From positions 3,240,001-3,272,000 of the forward strand of contig NZ_CP066018.1 of the NCBI RefSeq assembly GCF_016127575.1: DNA of 32,000 nt, in the 5' to 3' direction. Made by a program: the position numbers and the translations under genes. The notes beneath the pieces were generated by a model. It saw only the letters and a program-made list of their open reading frames with translations. It ran no database searches and had not been told where the DNA came from. Positions 15,316 to 22,441 of this stretch are shown in pieces. This stretch comes from Cupriavidus necator (GTDB lineage Bacteria; Pseudomonadota; Gammaproteobacteria; Burkholderiales; Burkholderiaceae). Each line of letters opens with the position of its first letter. Position 1 is the stretch's first letter.

Positions 15316-16128
15316 TCAGAACGACGGCACCATCGCGCCCTTGTACTGGGCCTTCATGAACTGGCGCACGTCTTCAGACTGGTACGCTGCCACCAGCTTC
15401 TTGACCCACGGCTTGTCCTTGTCCTGCGTGCGCACGACGATGATGTTGGCGTACGGGCTGTGGATGTCTTCCAGTGCGATCGCGTCCTTGGTCGGCTGCA
15501 GGCCGGCCGCGAGCGCGTAGTTGGTGTTGATCACGGCGGCGCTGACATCGGGCAGGGCGCGGGCCAGCTGCGCTGCATCCAGTTCCACGAGCTTCAGCTT
15601 CTTCGGGTTCTCGGCCACGTCCAGCGGCGTGGCGTTGACACCGTTGGTGCCGGCGCCTGCCTTCAGCTTGATCACGCCTTGCGACTGGAGCAGCAGCAGG
15701 GCGCGGTTTTCATTGGACGGGTCGTTGGGCACGGCCACCTTGGCGCCTTGCGGCAGGTCCTTCGGCGACTTCAGGCTCTTCGCGTAGATGCCGAGCGGCG
15801 AGATATAGGTGTAGCCCACGCTCTGCATCTTGTAGCCGCGCTGCTTCACCTGGCTGTCCAGGTAGGGCTGGTGCTGGAAGCTGTTGGCGTCCAGGTCACC
15901 GGCATCCAGTGCGGCGTTGGGCTGCACGTAGTCGTTGAACTCGACGACCTTGACGTTCAGGCCATTGCGCTTGGCCACTTTCTGGACGACTTGCCAGACT
16001 TCGGCATCCGGGCCGCTGACCGTGCCGACGCGGATGGTCTGTTCCTGGGCCGACGCGCTGCCGGCGGCGAAAAAACCAAGGGCGGACACTGCGACCGCCA
16101 GGCGCTTGATGAGAGACGTGCTGCGCAT
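15316..16128 (-). CDS. metQ: MetQ/NlpA-family methionine-binding periplasmic protein
   Basis: MRSTSLIKRLAVAVSALGFFAAGSASAQ is a signal peptide with no lipobox Cys. IRVGTVSGPDAEVW...FNDYVQPNAALDAGDLDANSFQHQPYLD...NDPSNENRALLLL is the MetQ pattern. No metNI genes are adjacent. Confidence 0.88.
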   Translation of the reverse strand: MRSTSLIKRLAVAVSALGFFAAGSASAQEQTIRVGTVSGPDAEVWQVVQKVAKRNGLNVKVVEFNDYVQPNAALDAGDLDANSFQHQPYLDSQVKQRGYKMQSVGYTYISPLGIYAKSLKSPKDLPQGAKVAVPNDPSNENRALLLLQSQGVIKLKAGAGTNGVNATPLDVAENPKKLKLVELDAAQLARALPDVSAAVINTNYALAAGLQPTKDAIALEDIHSPYANIIVVRTQDKDKPWVKKLVAAYQSEDVRQFMKAQYKGAMVPSF

Positions 16129-16268
16129 AGGAGTTCTGGAGATATTCTGGTTATGTGGCGAGTGAGACAGTCGCCTGGGCAGGGATCGCCTGACCGGGGC
16201 AAGGGCCACAGATTAACGCAATTGCGTCAAGATGGCGCGGCGGGAATGAATCTGGCGTCTATTTCTTT

Positions 16269-16284
16269 TTCATAAGCTTATGAA
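16269..16284. promoter_or_regulatory. perfect 16-bp palindrome TTCATAAGCTTATGAA nested inside a 9-bp inverted repeat
   Basis: The outer arms are ATCTGGCGT (16250-16258) and ACGCCAGAT (16293-16301). The structure lies in the AT-richer region upstream of metQ. A second palindrome, ACGCAATTGCGT, is at 16215-16226. Confidence 0.4.
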
Positions 16285-16331
16285 TCCAAACAACGCCAGA
16301 TGGCCGGCATTAAATGCTTCTGTGCCAAGGC

Positions 16332-16595
16332 TCAGCCTGCAAAGACTTCGCGCAATGTCCGCAAGGTGTCTTCCACGATCCTGTCACTCAGGCCGCCGGC
16401 CCGCCTGACCAGCCGGGACTTGTCCACGATCCGGAGTTGGTCCAGCAGGATCAGGCCAGTCTTGCGCTGAAAAGTCACCGGGACGCGAAACGGTGCCGGC
16501 CTGCTGCCGGTAATCATTGGCGCCACGGTGACGGTGCGCCACTGGCTCAGCCGGCCACCGCCCCATATCCCTGGCCCTTCCACTCGATAAAGCAC
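16332..16595 (-). pseudogene. PemK/MazF-family toxin, 5'-truncated remnant
   Basis: VTVAPMITGSRPAPFRVPVTFQRKTGLILLDQLRIVDKSRLVRRAGGLSDRIVEDTLRTLREVF aligns to the C-terminal approximately 65 residues of MazF/PemK. The N-terminal approximately 40 residues are absent: the region is occupied by the 3' end of the VOC gene. There is no antitoxin ORF. Confidence 0.6.
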
Positions 16596-16954
16596 AAGCC
16601 ATGGCCGAACGGGTCCGACAGCCTTGCCTGCCGTCCCCAGTCAAAGTCCTGCGGCCAGTCCTCGATCTCGGCGCCGGCTTCCAGCGCGCGTTCGATGGCC
16701 TGTTCCAGGTTGGCCACGACGAAGTCGAGGTGGACCGGCGTCCAGTGGCGGCGGTAGTCGCGCCGGGTATCGGCGCGGGTGGTGGGGCGGGTGCCGGCGG
16801 GCTTGGCGAGCAGGTAGATGGGGGTGTTGCCGCCCAGCATTTCGGCAACGGTGCCGTCGAACAGCTTGCGGTTCAGCCTCAGGCCAAGCCCCTGCGCGTA
16901 GAAGTCGATGCCACGCGGCAAATCGTCGACATCGATATTGATCAGCAACTCCAT
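16547..16954 (-). CDS. VOC (glyoxalase/bleomycin-resistance/dioxygenase) family protein
   Basis: AGGAGG lies 6 nt upstream of ATG 16954. The translation is MELLINIDVDDLPRGIDFYAQGLGLRL...HLDFVVANLEQAIERALEAGA...LSDPFGHGLCF. Confidence 0.85.
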   Translation of the reverse strand: MELLINIDVDDLPRGIDFYAQGLGLRLNRKLFDGTVAEMLGGNTPIYLLAKPAGTRPTTRADTRRDYRRHWTPVHLDFVVANLEQAIERALEAGAEIEDWPQDFDWGRQARLSDPFGHGLCFIEWKGQGYGAVAG

Positions 16955-17069
16955 GACAGCCTCCTGGCGGCGTTCCGTGTGAAAGCGGCCGCATTGTGCG
17001 CCGGGTCTCCTGACAACTGCTGTCAGGAGTGATGTTTCAGCCGGCCAGCCAGGTGCCAGGAACGGCGCG

Positions 17070-17744
17070 CTAGCCGCGCAACAGCTCCCGCACCACCGGG
17101 CGCAGCGCGTCGCCGAGTGCCAGGTGCGCGTCGGCATCCAGGTGCACGCCGTCGACCTCGCTGCTCTGGATCACGGTGCCGGCGTCGAACAGCGGACAGC
17201 CCAGTTGCGTGCAGACCTCGGCCACGGCTTGCGGCAGGCCCGTCCACTTATGTTCGCCGCCAGCAAACTTGGGCGCCAGCGGCCCGCGCGGAGTGCGGAT
17301 CGGGGGTGGGGTGACGACCAGCACCGGAGGCACCGGCATGCCCGGCTCGATCGGCGCGCTGCGGATCGCCTGCACCAGCGTGGCGATGCCCTGGGCGGCG
17401 TGCCAGGCGTTGTGCGGGTGCATCGACTGGAAATCGTTGTTGCCCAGCATCAGGACCACCAGCGCCAGCGGCGAGTGGATTTCAACGCGCTGCGCCAGCC
17501 CGTGCAGGCCGTTGCGGCCGGGTTTGAATGGGTCGTCCCAGACCGTGCGGCGGCCGTTCAGGCAGTCTTCGATGACGCGCACCGGGGCGCCGCCGTCGGC
17601 GTTCAGGCCCAGTTCCAGCCGGCCGGGCCAGCGCACCGGGAAGGGCAGGCGCCGGCGCGTGCCGGGCACGATGCCCCATGACAGCGAGTCGGCGTAGACA
17701 AGGATCTGCAGAGGATCGGTTTCGGCCAGCGGCGCGGCAGTCAT
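17070..17744 (-). CDS. SGNH/GDSL hydrolase, MsAcT-like arylesterase/acyltransferase
   Basis: GGAG lies upstream of ATG 17744. Block I is ILVYADSLSWG (Ser), block II is CLNGRRT, block III is GNND and block V is DGVHL. The protein appears collinear with the Mycobacterium smegmatis acyltransferase MsAcT, as far as I recall that sequence. Confidence 0.85.
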   Translation of the reverse strand: MTAAPLAETDPLQILVYADSLSWGIVPGTRRRLPFPVRWPGRLELGLNADGGAPVRVIEDCLNGRRTVWDDPFKPGRNGLHGLAQRVEIHSPLALVVLMLGNNDFQSMHPHNAWHAAQGIATLVQAIRSAPIEPGMPVPPVLVVTPPPIRTPRGPLAPKFAGGEHKWTGLPQAVAEVCTQLGCPLFDAGTVIQSSEVDGVHLDADAHLALGDALRPVVRELLRG

Positions 17745-17879
17745 GCGGGACTCCAGTTGGCGTGGATATTGGTCGATAAAGGGCAATGGTCCGTGTCAAG
17801 CCATGTTGCACCGCGCAGACAAAAAGGTCTCCCGAATACGCGGAGACTTCATAATATCGACTTACTGACGATCTGGAGA

Positions 17880-18356
17880 ATGAAGTTGCGTTTCGAGCAC
17901 TTGGTTGAGATCAACGATCCAGGCAATCCTCAACTGGATCCGCTGACGCCTGACCAGCTGTGGCAAGGGCTGGTGCTGCGCGCCGAGTCGCCCGAACTCT
18001 TCGTGCTGGGGCTGGACCGCGCCGAAGTAGTCGGCCGCGGCGACAACTGGATCGATCGCGTGCTGCATTTTGGCGAGGCGTCGATCCATGACCATGTGGT
18101 GTTCGAGCCGCGCCGGCAGGTGCGCTATGAAACCGCGGCCACGGCCGAGCATGCCGGCGGCACGCTGACCATGGCGATCGAGACCCCGGGCCCGGGCGCG
18201 CTGCTGCTGCGCTTTGTCTACAACACCACCATGCCGGCGGTCGACGCCAGCGGCGATGACCGCTATGCCGAGATCGTCAAGTCCGCCTACCACGAGGCCG
18301 ATATCGACACCGTGCGCAAGATCCGCGAGATCGCTGACACCGGACGGCTGGGGTGA
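17880..18356 (+). CDS. DUF1857 (AtaL-like, SRPBCC-type fold) protein
   Basis: GGAGA lies directly upstream of ATG 17880. MKLRFEHLVEINDPGNPQLDPLTPDQLWQGLVLRAESPELFV... resembles the DUF1857 family start. This assignment is from memory of the family, not from a search. Confidence 0.7.
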   Translation: MKLRFEHLVEINDPGNPQLDPLTPDQLWQGLVLRAESPELFVLGLDRAEVVGRGDNWIDRVLHFGEASIHDHVVFEPRRQVRYETAATAEHAGGTLTMAIETPGPGALLLRFVYNTTMPAVDASGDDRYAEIVKSAYHEADIDTVRKIREIADTGRLG

Positions 18357-19834
18357 GCGAGGGTCCCGCCACGCCGGAGGGTTCCGGCCAGCGGCCGGGT
18401 CTGCCGACCCGGCTGGCGCTGCGTGTGCGCTACGGCGAGCGGCTGCGCTGGCTGGTGCTGGTGACGCTGATGCTGGGCACGATCTCGTCGATCGTCTCGT
18501 CCACCATCATCAACGTAGCGATTCCGGACCTGAGCCGGCATTTCGTGCTGGGGCAGGAGCGGGCGCAATGGGTGGCGGCCAGCTTCATGATTGCGATGAC
18601 GCTGTCGATGCTGCTGACGCCCTGGCTGCTGAACCGCTACGGGCTGCGCCGCACCTTCCTGGGGGCCTCGCTGCTGCTGGGCGCGGGCGGGCTCTTTGGC
18701 GGCTTTTCACCGACCTACGGCGTGATGATCGCGATGCGCGTGGCCGAAGGCGTCGCCGCAGGCATTATGCAGCCGCTGCCCAATATCCTGATCCTGCGCG
18801 TGTTCGAAGAGCGCGAGCAGGGCAAGGCGATCAGCATGTTCGGCTTTGGCGTGGTACTGGCGCCGGCGCTGGGGCCCAGCCTGGGTGGCTTCCTGGTCGA
18901 GGCCTTCGGCTGGCGCTCGATCTTCTTCGTGGTGGTGCCGCTGACGCTGATCGGCGTGCTGATGGCGCGGCGCTTCATGGCGGTGGACTCGATCATGATG
19001 GGCGAGCGCCAGCCGCTGGACTGGCGCGGGCTGGGCCTGGCCGGTATTGCCACGGTAAGCCTGCTCAACGGCGTGGTCGAGATGCGCGACAGCGTGCCCG
19101 CGGGCCTGGCGCTGTCGGGCTTCGGCGTGCTGATGCTGGCGGCGTTCGTGCTGTGGCAGCTGCGCGCGGCGCATCCGCTGATGAACCTGCGGCTCTACAG
19201 CTACCGGCAGTTCGCGGCCGGGGCGGTGGTGGCCTTTATCTACGGCGCGGGGCTGTTCGGCTCGACCTACCTGCTGCCGGTCTATATGCAGATGGCGCTG
19301 GAATACACGCCGTCGCGCGCGGGCCTGGTGCTGTTCCCGGCGGGCGTGATGCTGGCGCTGACGATCGCCATATCGGGGCGCTTCACCCACAAGATCGCGC
19401 CGCATATCCAGGTGTCGTTCGGGCTGGCGCTGCTGTCGCTGTCGTTCCTGCTGATGGCGCTGGGCTCGCGCTCCACGCCATATCTGGTGCTGGTGGCGCT
19501 GGCGGTGCTGGGGCGGATCGGGCTGGGCTGCATCCTGCCGTCGCTGACGCTGGGGGCAATGCGGGGGGTGGACTTCACGCTGATCGCGCAGGGCTCGAGC
19601 TGCATCAACTTCCTGCGCCAGCTGGGCGGCGCCATCGGCGTGAGCCTGGCGGGCGTGGGCCTGCAATGGCGGCTGGCGGAGCACGGCGCGGTGCTGGGCC
19701 AGGCCGGCGACGCCGCCGTGCAGGCGGCGCGCATCCGTGCCTTCGATGAAACCTTCCTGGCCGTGGGCGTGGTGATTGCCAGTGCGATGATCGCGGCGTG
19801 GCGGATCCGGCCGCGGCCGGTGCCGGCGGCCTGA
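18353..19834 (+). CDS. MFS transporter, DHA2 (EmrB/QacA-like) efflux family
   Basis: The GTG start overlaps the upstream stop as GTGA (18353-18356). WLVLVTLMLGTISSIVSSTIINVAIPDL is the typical DHA2 first helix. The protein is long and hydrophobic (493 aa). Confidence 0.88.
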   Translation: MSEGPATPEGSGQRPGLPTRLALRVRYGERLRWLVLVTLMLGTISSIVSSTIINVAIPDLSRHFVLGQERAQWVAASFMIAMTLSMLLTPWLLNRYGLRRTFLGASLLLGAGGLFGGFSPTYGVMIAMRVAEGVAAGIMQPLPNILILRVFEEREQGKAISMFGFGVVLAPALGPSLGGFLVEAFGWRSIFFVVVPLTLIGVLMARRFMAVDSIMMGERQPLDWRGLGLAGIATVSLLNGVVEMRDSVPAGLALSGFGVLMLAAFVLWQLRAAHPLMNLRLYSYRQFAAGAVVAFIYGAGLFGSTYLLPVYMQMALEYTPSRAGLVLFPAGVMLALTIAISGRFTHKIAPHIQVSFGLALLSLSFLLMALGSRSTPYLVLVALAVLGRIGLGCILPSLTLGAMRGVDFTLIAQGSSCINFLRQLGGAIGVSLAGVGLQWRLAEHGAVLGQAGDAAVQAARIRAFDETFLAVGVVIASAMIAAWRIRPRPVPAA

Positions 19835-19859
19835 GGCCGCCGGGCCTGGCTGCGCCGGC

Positions 19860-20129
19860 TTAGCTGGCTGCGCCGCTGCGCAGTTCTTCCACCAGCGCGA
19901 TGTACTGCTCCATCGCCTGTTCGCGTGCGGTGCCGCGCAGGGCTTCCCAGGCTTCAAACTTGTAGCGGCCGACAAAGTCGGTCATGCCGGGCTTGTCGCC
20001 GTGGGCATCGCCTTCGCTGCCTTGCTTGAACAGGGCGTACAGGCGCAGCAGGGACATGTTGCTGGGGCGCTCGCTCAGTTGCTTGACGTCGATCTGGGCC
20101 TGGTCGAAGCGTGCCTGCAGGTCGCTCAT
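19860..20129 (-). CDS. acyl-CoA-binding protein (ACBP family, 89 aa)
   Basis: GGAGG lies upstream of ATG 20129. VKQLSERPSNMSLLRLYALFKQGSEGD and RYKFEAWEALRGTAREQAMEQYI match the two conserved ACBP segments. The rest of the 19860..20645 ORF is antisense to tsaB and is rejected. Confidence 0.88.
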   Translation of the reverse strand: MSDLQARFDQAQIDVKQLSERPSNMSLLRLYALFKQGSEGDAHGDKPGMTDFVGRYKFEAWEALRGTAREQAMEQYIALVEELRSGAAS

Positions 20130-20259
20130 GGGGGTTCCTCCGTGTGTGCTGTCTGGATTGCGAAAGTGCAGGCCGATGATAGCCGCCCGGCGGCGCCGCG
20201 CCGTCCGTATAAAACCGAAGAAGCCCTCGATTCCGGGCGTCACCGGATACAATCGCGCC

Positions 20260-21018
20260 ATGTCCTGGATTCTTGCTGTTGAAACTTCTACAGAGTGGTG
20301 CTCGGTCGCGCTCGGACGTGCGGTGCCGGGTGCCGGAGTCGAGTGCCTGGTGCGCCATGAGCACACTGGTGCACGCTCGTCGGCACGCGTGCTGCCGGCT
20401 GCCGGCGAGCTGCTGGCCGAAGCCGGCATTGCGCTGGCGGACTGCGCTGCGATTGCCTTTGGCGCCGGCCCGGGCTCGTTCACGGGCCTGCGCACCGCCT
20501 GCGGCGTGGCGCAGGGGCTGGCCTTCGGCGCCGGGCTGCCGGTGGTTCCGGTCAATACCCTGATGACGTGCGCCGAGCGCGCGCGCGCCGCTACTCCGGC
20601 GCTGCCGGACGACACCGCGGTGCTGGTGGCCCTGGACGCGCGCATGGATGAAGCCTATTCCGCTGCTTTCCGCTGGCATGCCAGCGCGCGGGAATGGGCG
20701 GAAGTCACGCCGATGCAGGTCAGCGCGCCGGAAACCGTGCCGCTGCCCGACGGCGATTTCTGGCTGGCCGGCAATGCCTCGACGGTTTTCGGCGAGCGGC
20801 TGGCGGGCCTGGCGCGTGCCGCGCGCGTGCTGCCGGAGGCGATGCCCCATGCGCAGCCGATGATCGCGATTGCACTGCGCGCACTGGCGCGCGGCGAGGC
20901 CATCGACGCCGACCAGGCCATGCCGATCTACCTGCGCGACAAGGTCGCGCAGACCATCGCCGAACGCGAAGCCGCCGCTGCCGCCCGTGCCGCGGCCCAG
21001 ACCGGGAGCGCATCGTGA
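20260..21018 (+). CDS. tsaB: tRNA N6-threonylcarbamoyladenosine (t6A) biosynthesis protein TsaB
   Basis: The translation reads MSWILAVETSTEWCSVAL...IAFGAGPGSFTGLRTACGVAQGLAFG. There is no SD. A TACAAT hexamer ends 7 nt before the ATG. Confidence 0.9.
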   Translation: MSWILAVETSTEWCSVALGRAVPGAGVECLVRHEHTGARSSARVLPAAGELLAEAGIALADCAAIAFGAGPGSFTGLRTACGVAQGLAFGAGLPVVPVNTLMTCAERARAATPALPDDTAVLVALDARMDEAYSAAFRWHASAREWAEVTPMQVSAPETVPLPDGDFWLAGNASTVFGERLAGLARAARVLPEAMPHAQPMIAIALRALARGEAIDADQAMPIYLRDKVAQTIAEREAAAAARAAAQTGSAS

Positions 21019-21575
21019 GTGCAGCCTATCCGCTCGATCCCCGCAACCACTGGCCGGCCGTGCCCGCCATGCCGGTGCTGCCGCACGGCTGGGCGCTGGG
21101 CCGCATGAGCGCGCTCGACCTGGCGGCCGTGGCGGGCATCGAGGCGCGTGCCTACAGCCATCCGTGGACCCGCGGCAATTTCGAGAACTCGGTCAAGTCC
21201 GGGCATCTCGGCCTGACGCTGCGCGACCCGGCTGGCACGCTGGTGGCCTACGCCGTGCTGATGCCGGTGGTCGATGAAATGCACCTGCTCAATATCACCG
21301 TCGAGCCGCGGCGCCAGCGCCAGGGGCTGGGGCGGCTGATGCTGGCGGTGGTGCTGGCCACCTCGCACGCGCACCGCATCCATACCATGCTGCTGGAAGT
21401 GCGGCCGTCCAATACCGGGGCGATCGCGCTGTACCAGGCGGCGGGGTTTGCCGAGATCGGGCGCCGCAAGGGCTATTACCCGGCCCTGGGCAGCAAGCGC
21501 GAGGATGCGCTGGTGCTGCGCCGCAGCTGGCCGGCCGAGTCCGCCGCCAATGAAGGCACGGAGGGCAGGGCATGA
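21015..21575 (+). CDS. rimI: ribosomal-protein-alanine N-acetyltransferase RimI
   Basis: IEARAYSHPWTRGNF...LLNITVEPRRQRQGLGRLML...LEVRPSNTGAIALYQAAGF...YYP match RimI. GTG 21015 overlaps the tsaB stop as GTGA. ATG 21069 is an alternative start. Confidence 0.85.
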   Translation: MSAAYPLDPRNHWPAVPAMPVLPHGWALGRMSALDLAAVAGIEARAYSHPWTRGNFENSVKSGHLGLTLRDPAGTLVAYAVLMPVVDEMHLLNITVEPRRQRQGLGRLMLAVVLATSHAHRIHTMLLEVRPSNTGAIALYQAAGFAEIGRRKGYYPALGSKREDALVLRRSWPAESAANEGTEGRA

Positions 21576-22441
21576 GCCGCCGCGCACAGTTCCTGGAAGT
21601 CCTGGGCATCCCGACCGAATGGGTGCCGCGCGAGCGCGCGGATGCGCAGGCAGAGGCTGCGCCGGAGGTGGCCGTGGCGCAGGCAGCGATGCCTGTTGCC
21701 GAGGCGCCTGTGGCCGAGGTTGCCGCAGTGGTTGCCGCTCCGGCTGCGGAACCCGCCATGCCGGTGCCGGCGCCAGTGGCGCCGCCGGTCTCCCGGGCAC
21801 CGGCGGCGCCTGCTCTGGTTCCGGCCGGCCCGGAACCCGGCTCGGCGCAAGCAGATCGCGAAGCCGCCATTGCCAGCATGGAATGGCCGGCGCTGGACGC
21901 CGCCGTGGCCGGCTGCACCGCGTGCGGCCTGTGCCAGCACCGCACCAATACCGTATTCGGCGTGGGCGACCGCCAGGCCGAATGGATGCTGGTGGGCGAA
22001 GCCCCCGGCGAGAACGAAGACCTGCAGGGCGAGCCCTTCGTGGGCCAGGCCGGCAAGCTGCTCGACAATATGCTCGGCGCGCTCGGGCTGGCGCGCGGGC
22101 GCAATGTGTTTATCGCCAACGTGCTCAAGTGCCGCCCGCCCGGTAACCGCAACCCGGAGCCCGAGGAGGTGGCGCAGTGCGAGCCGTTCCTGCGCCGCCA
22201 GATCGCGCTGGTGAAGCCCAGGGTGATCGTGGTGCTGGGCCGCTTTGCGGCGCAGTCGCTGCTGCGCAGCACCACGCCCATCGGCAAGCTGCGCGGCACC
22301 GTACATAGCTATGAAGGTATCCCCGTGGTGGTGACCTACCATCCGGCTTACCTGCTGCGCACCCTGACCGACAAGGCGCGCGCGTGGGAAGACCTGTGCC
22401 TGGCCAGGGAGGTCCATGACCGTGCGGGAGCTGGGGCCTGA
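21572..22441 (+). CDS. family 4 uracil-DNA glycosylase (Fe-S type) with a long Ala/Pro-rich N-terminal extension
   Basis: The ATG overlaps the rimI stop as ATGA. The sequence carries CTACGLC...GEAPGENED...FVGQAGKLLD...KCRPPGNRNP...CEPFL...TYHPAYLLR. Confidence 0.9.
   Translation: MSRRAQFLEVLGIPTEWVPRERADAQAEAAPEVAVAQAAMPVAEAPVAEVAAVVAAPAAEPAMPVPAPVAPPVSRAPAAPALVPAGPEPGSAQADREAAIASMEWPALDAAVAGCTACGLCQHRTNTVFGVGDRQAEWMLVGEAPGENEDLQGEPFVGQAGKLLDNMLGALGLARGRNVFIANVLKCRPPGNRNPEPEEVAQCEPFLRRQIALVKPRVIVVLGRFAAQSLLRSTTPIGKLRGTVHSYEGIPVVVTYHPAYLLRTLTDKARAWEDLCLAREVHDRAGAGA

Noticed and set aside
16332-16954. An active MazF toxin-antitoxin pair formed with the upstream small gene
   Set aside because: The upstream gene is a VOC-family enzyme, not an antitoxin. 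The toxin ORF also lacks the N-terminal approximately 40 residues of the fold. It is reported as a remnant instead.
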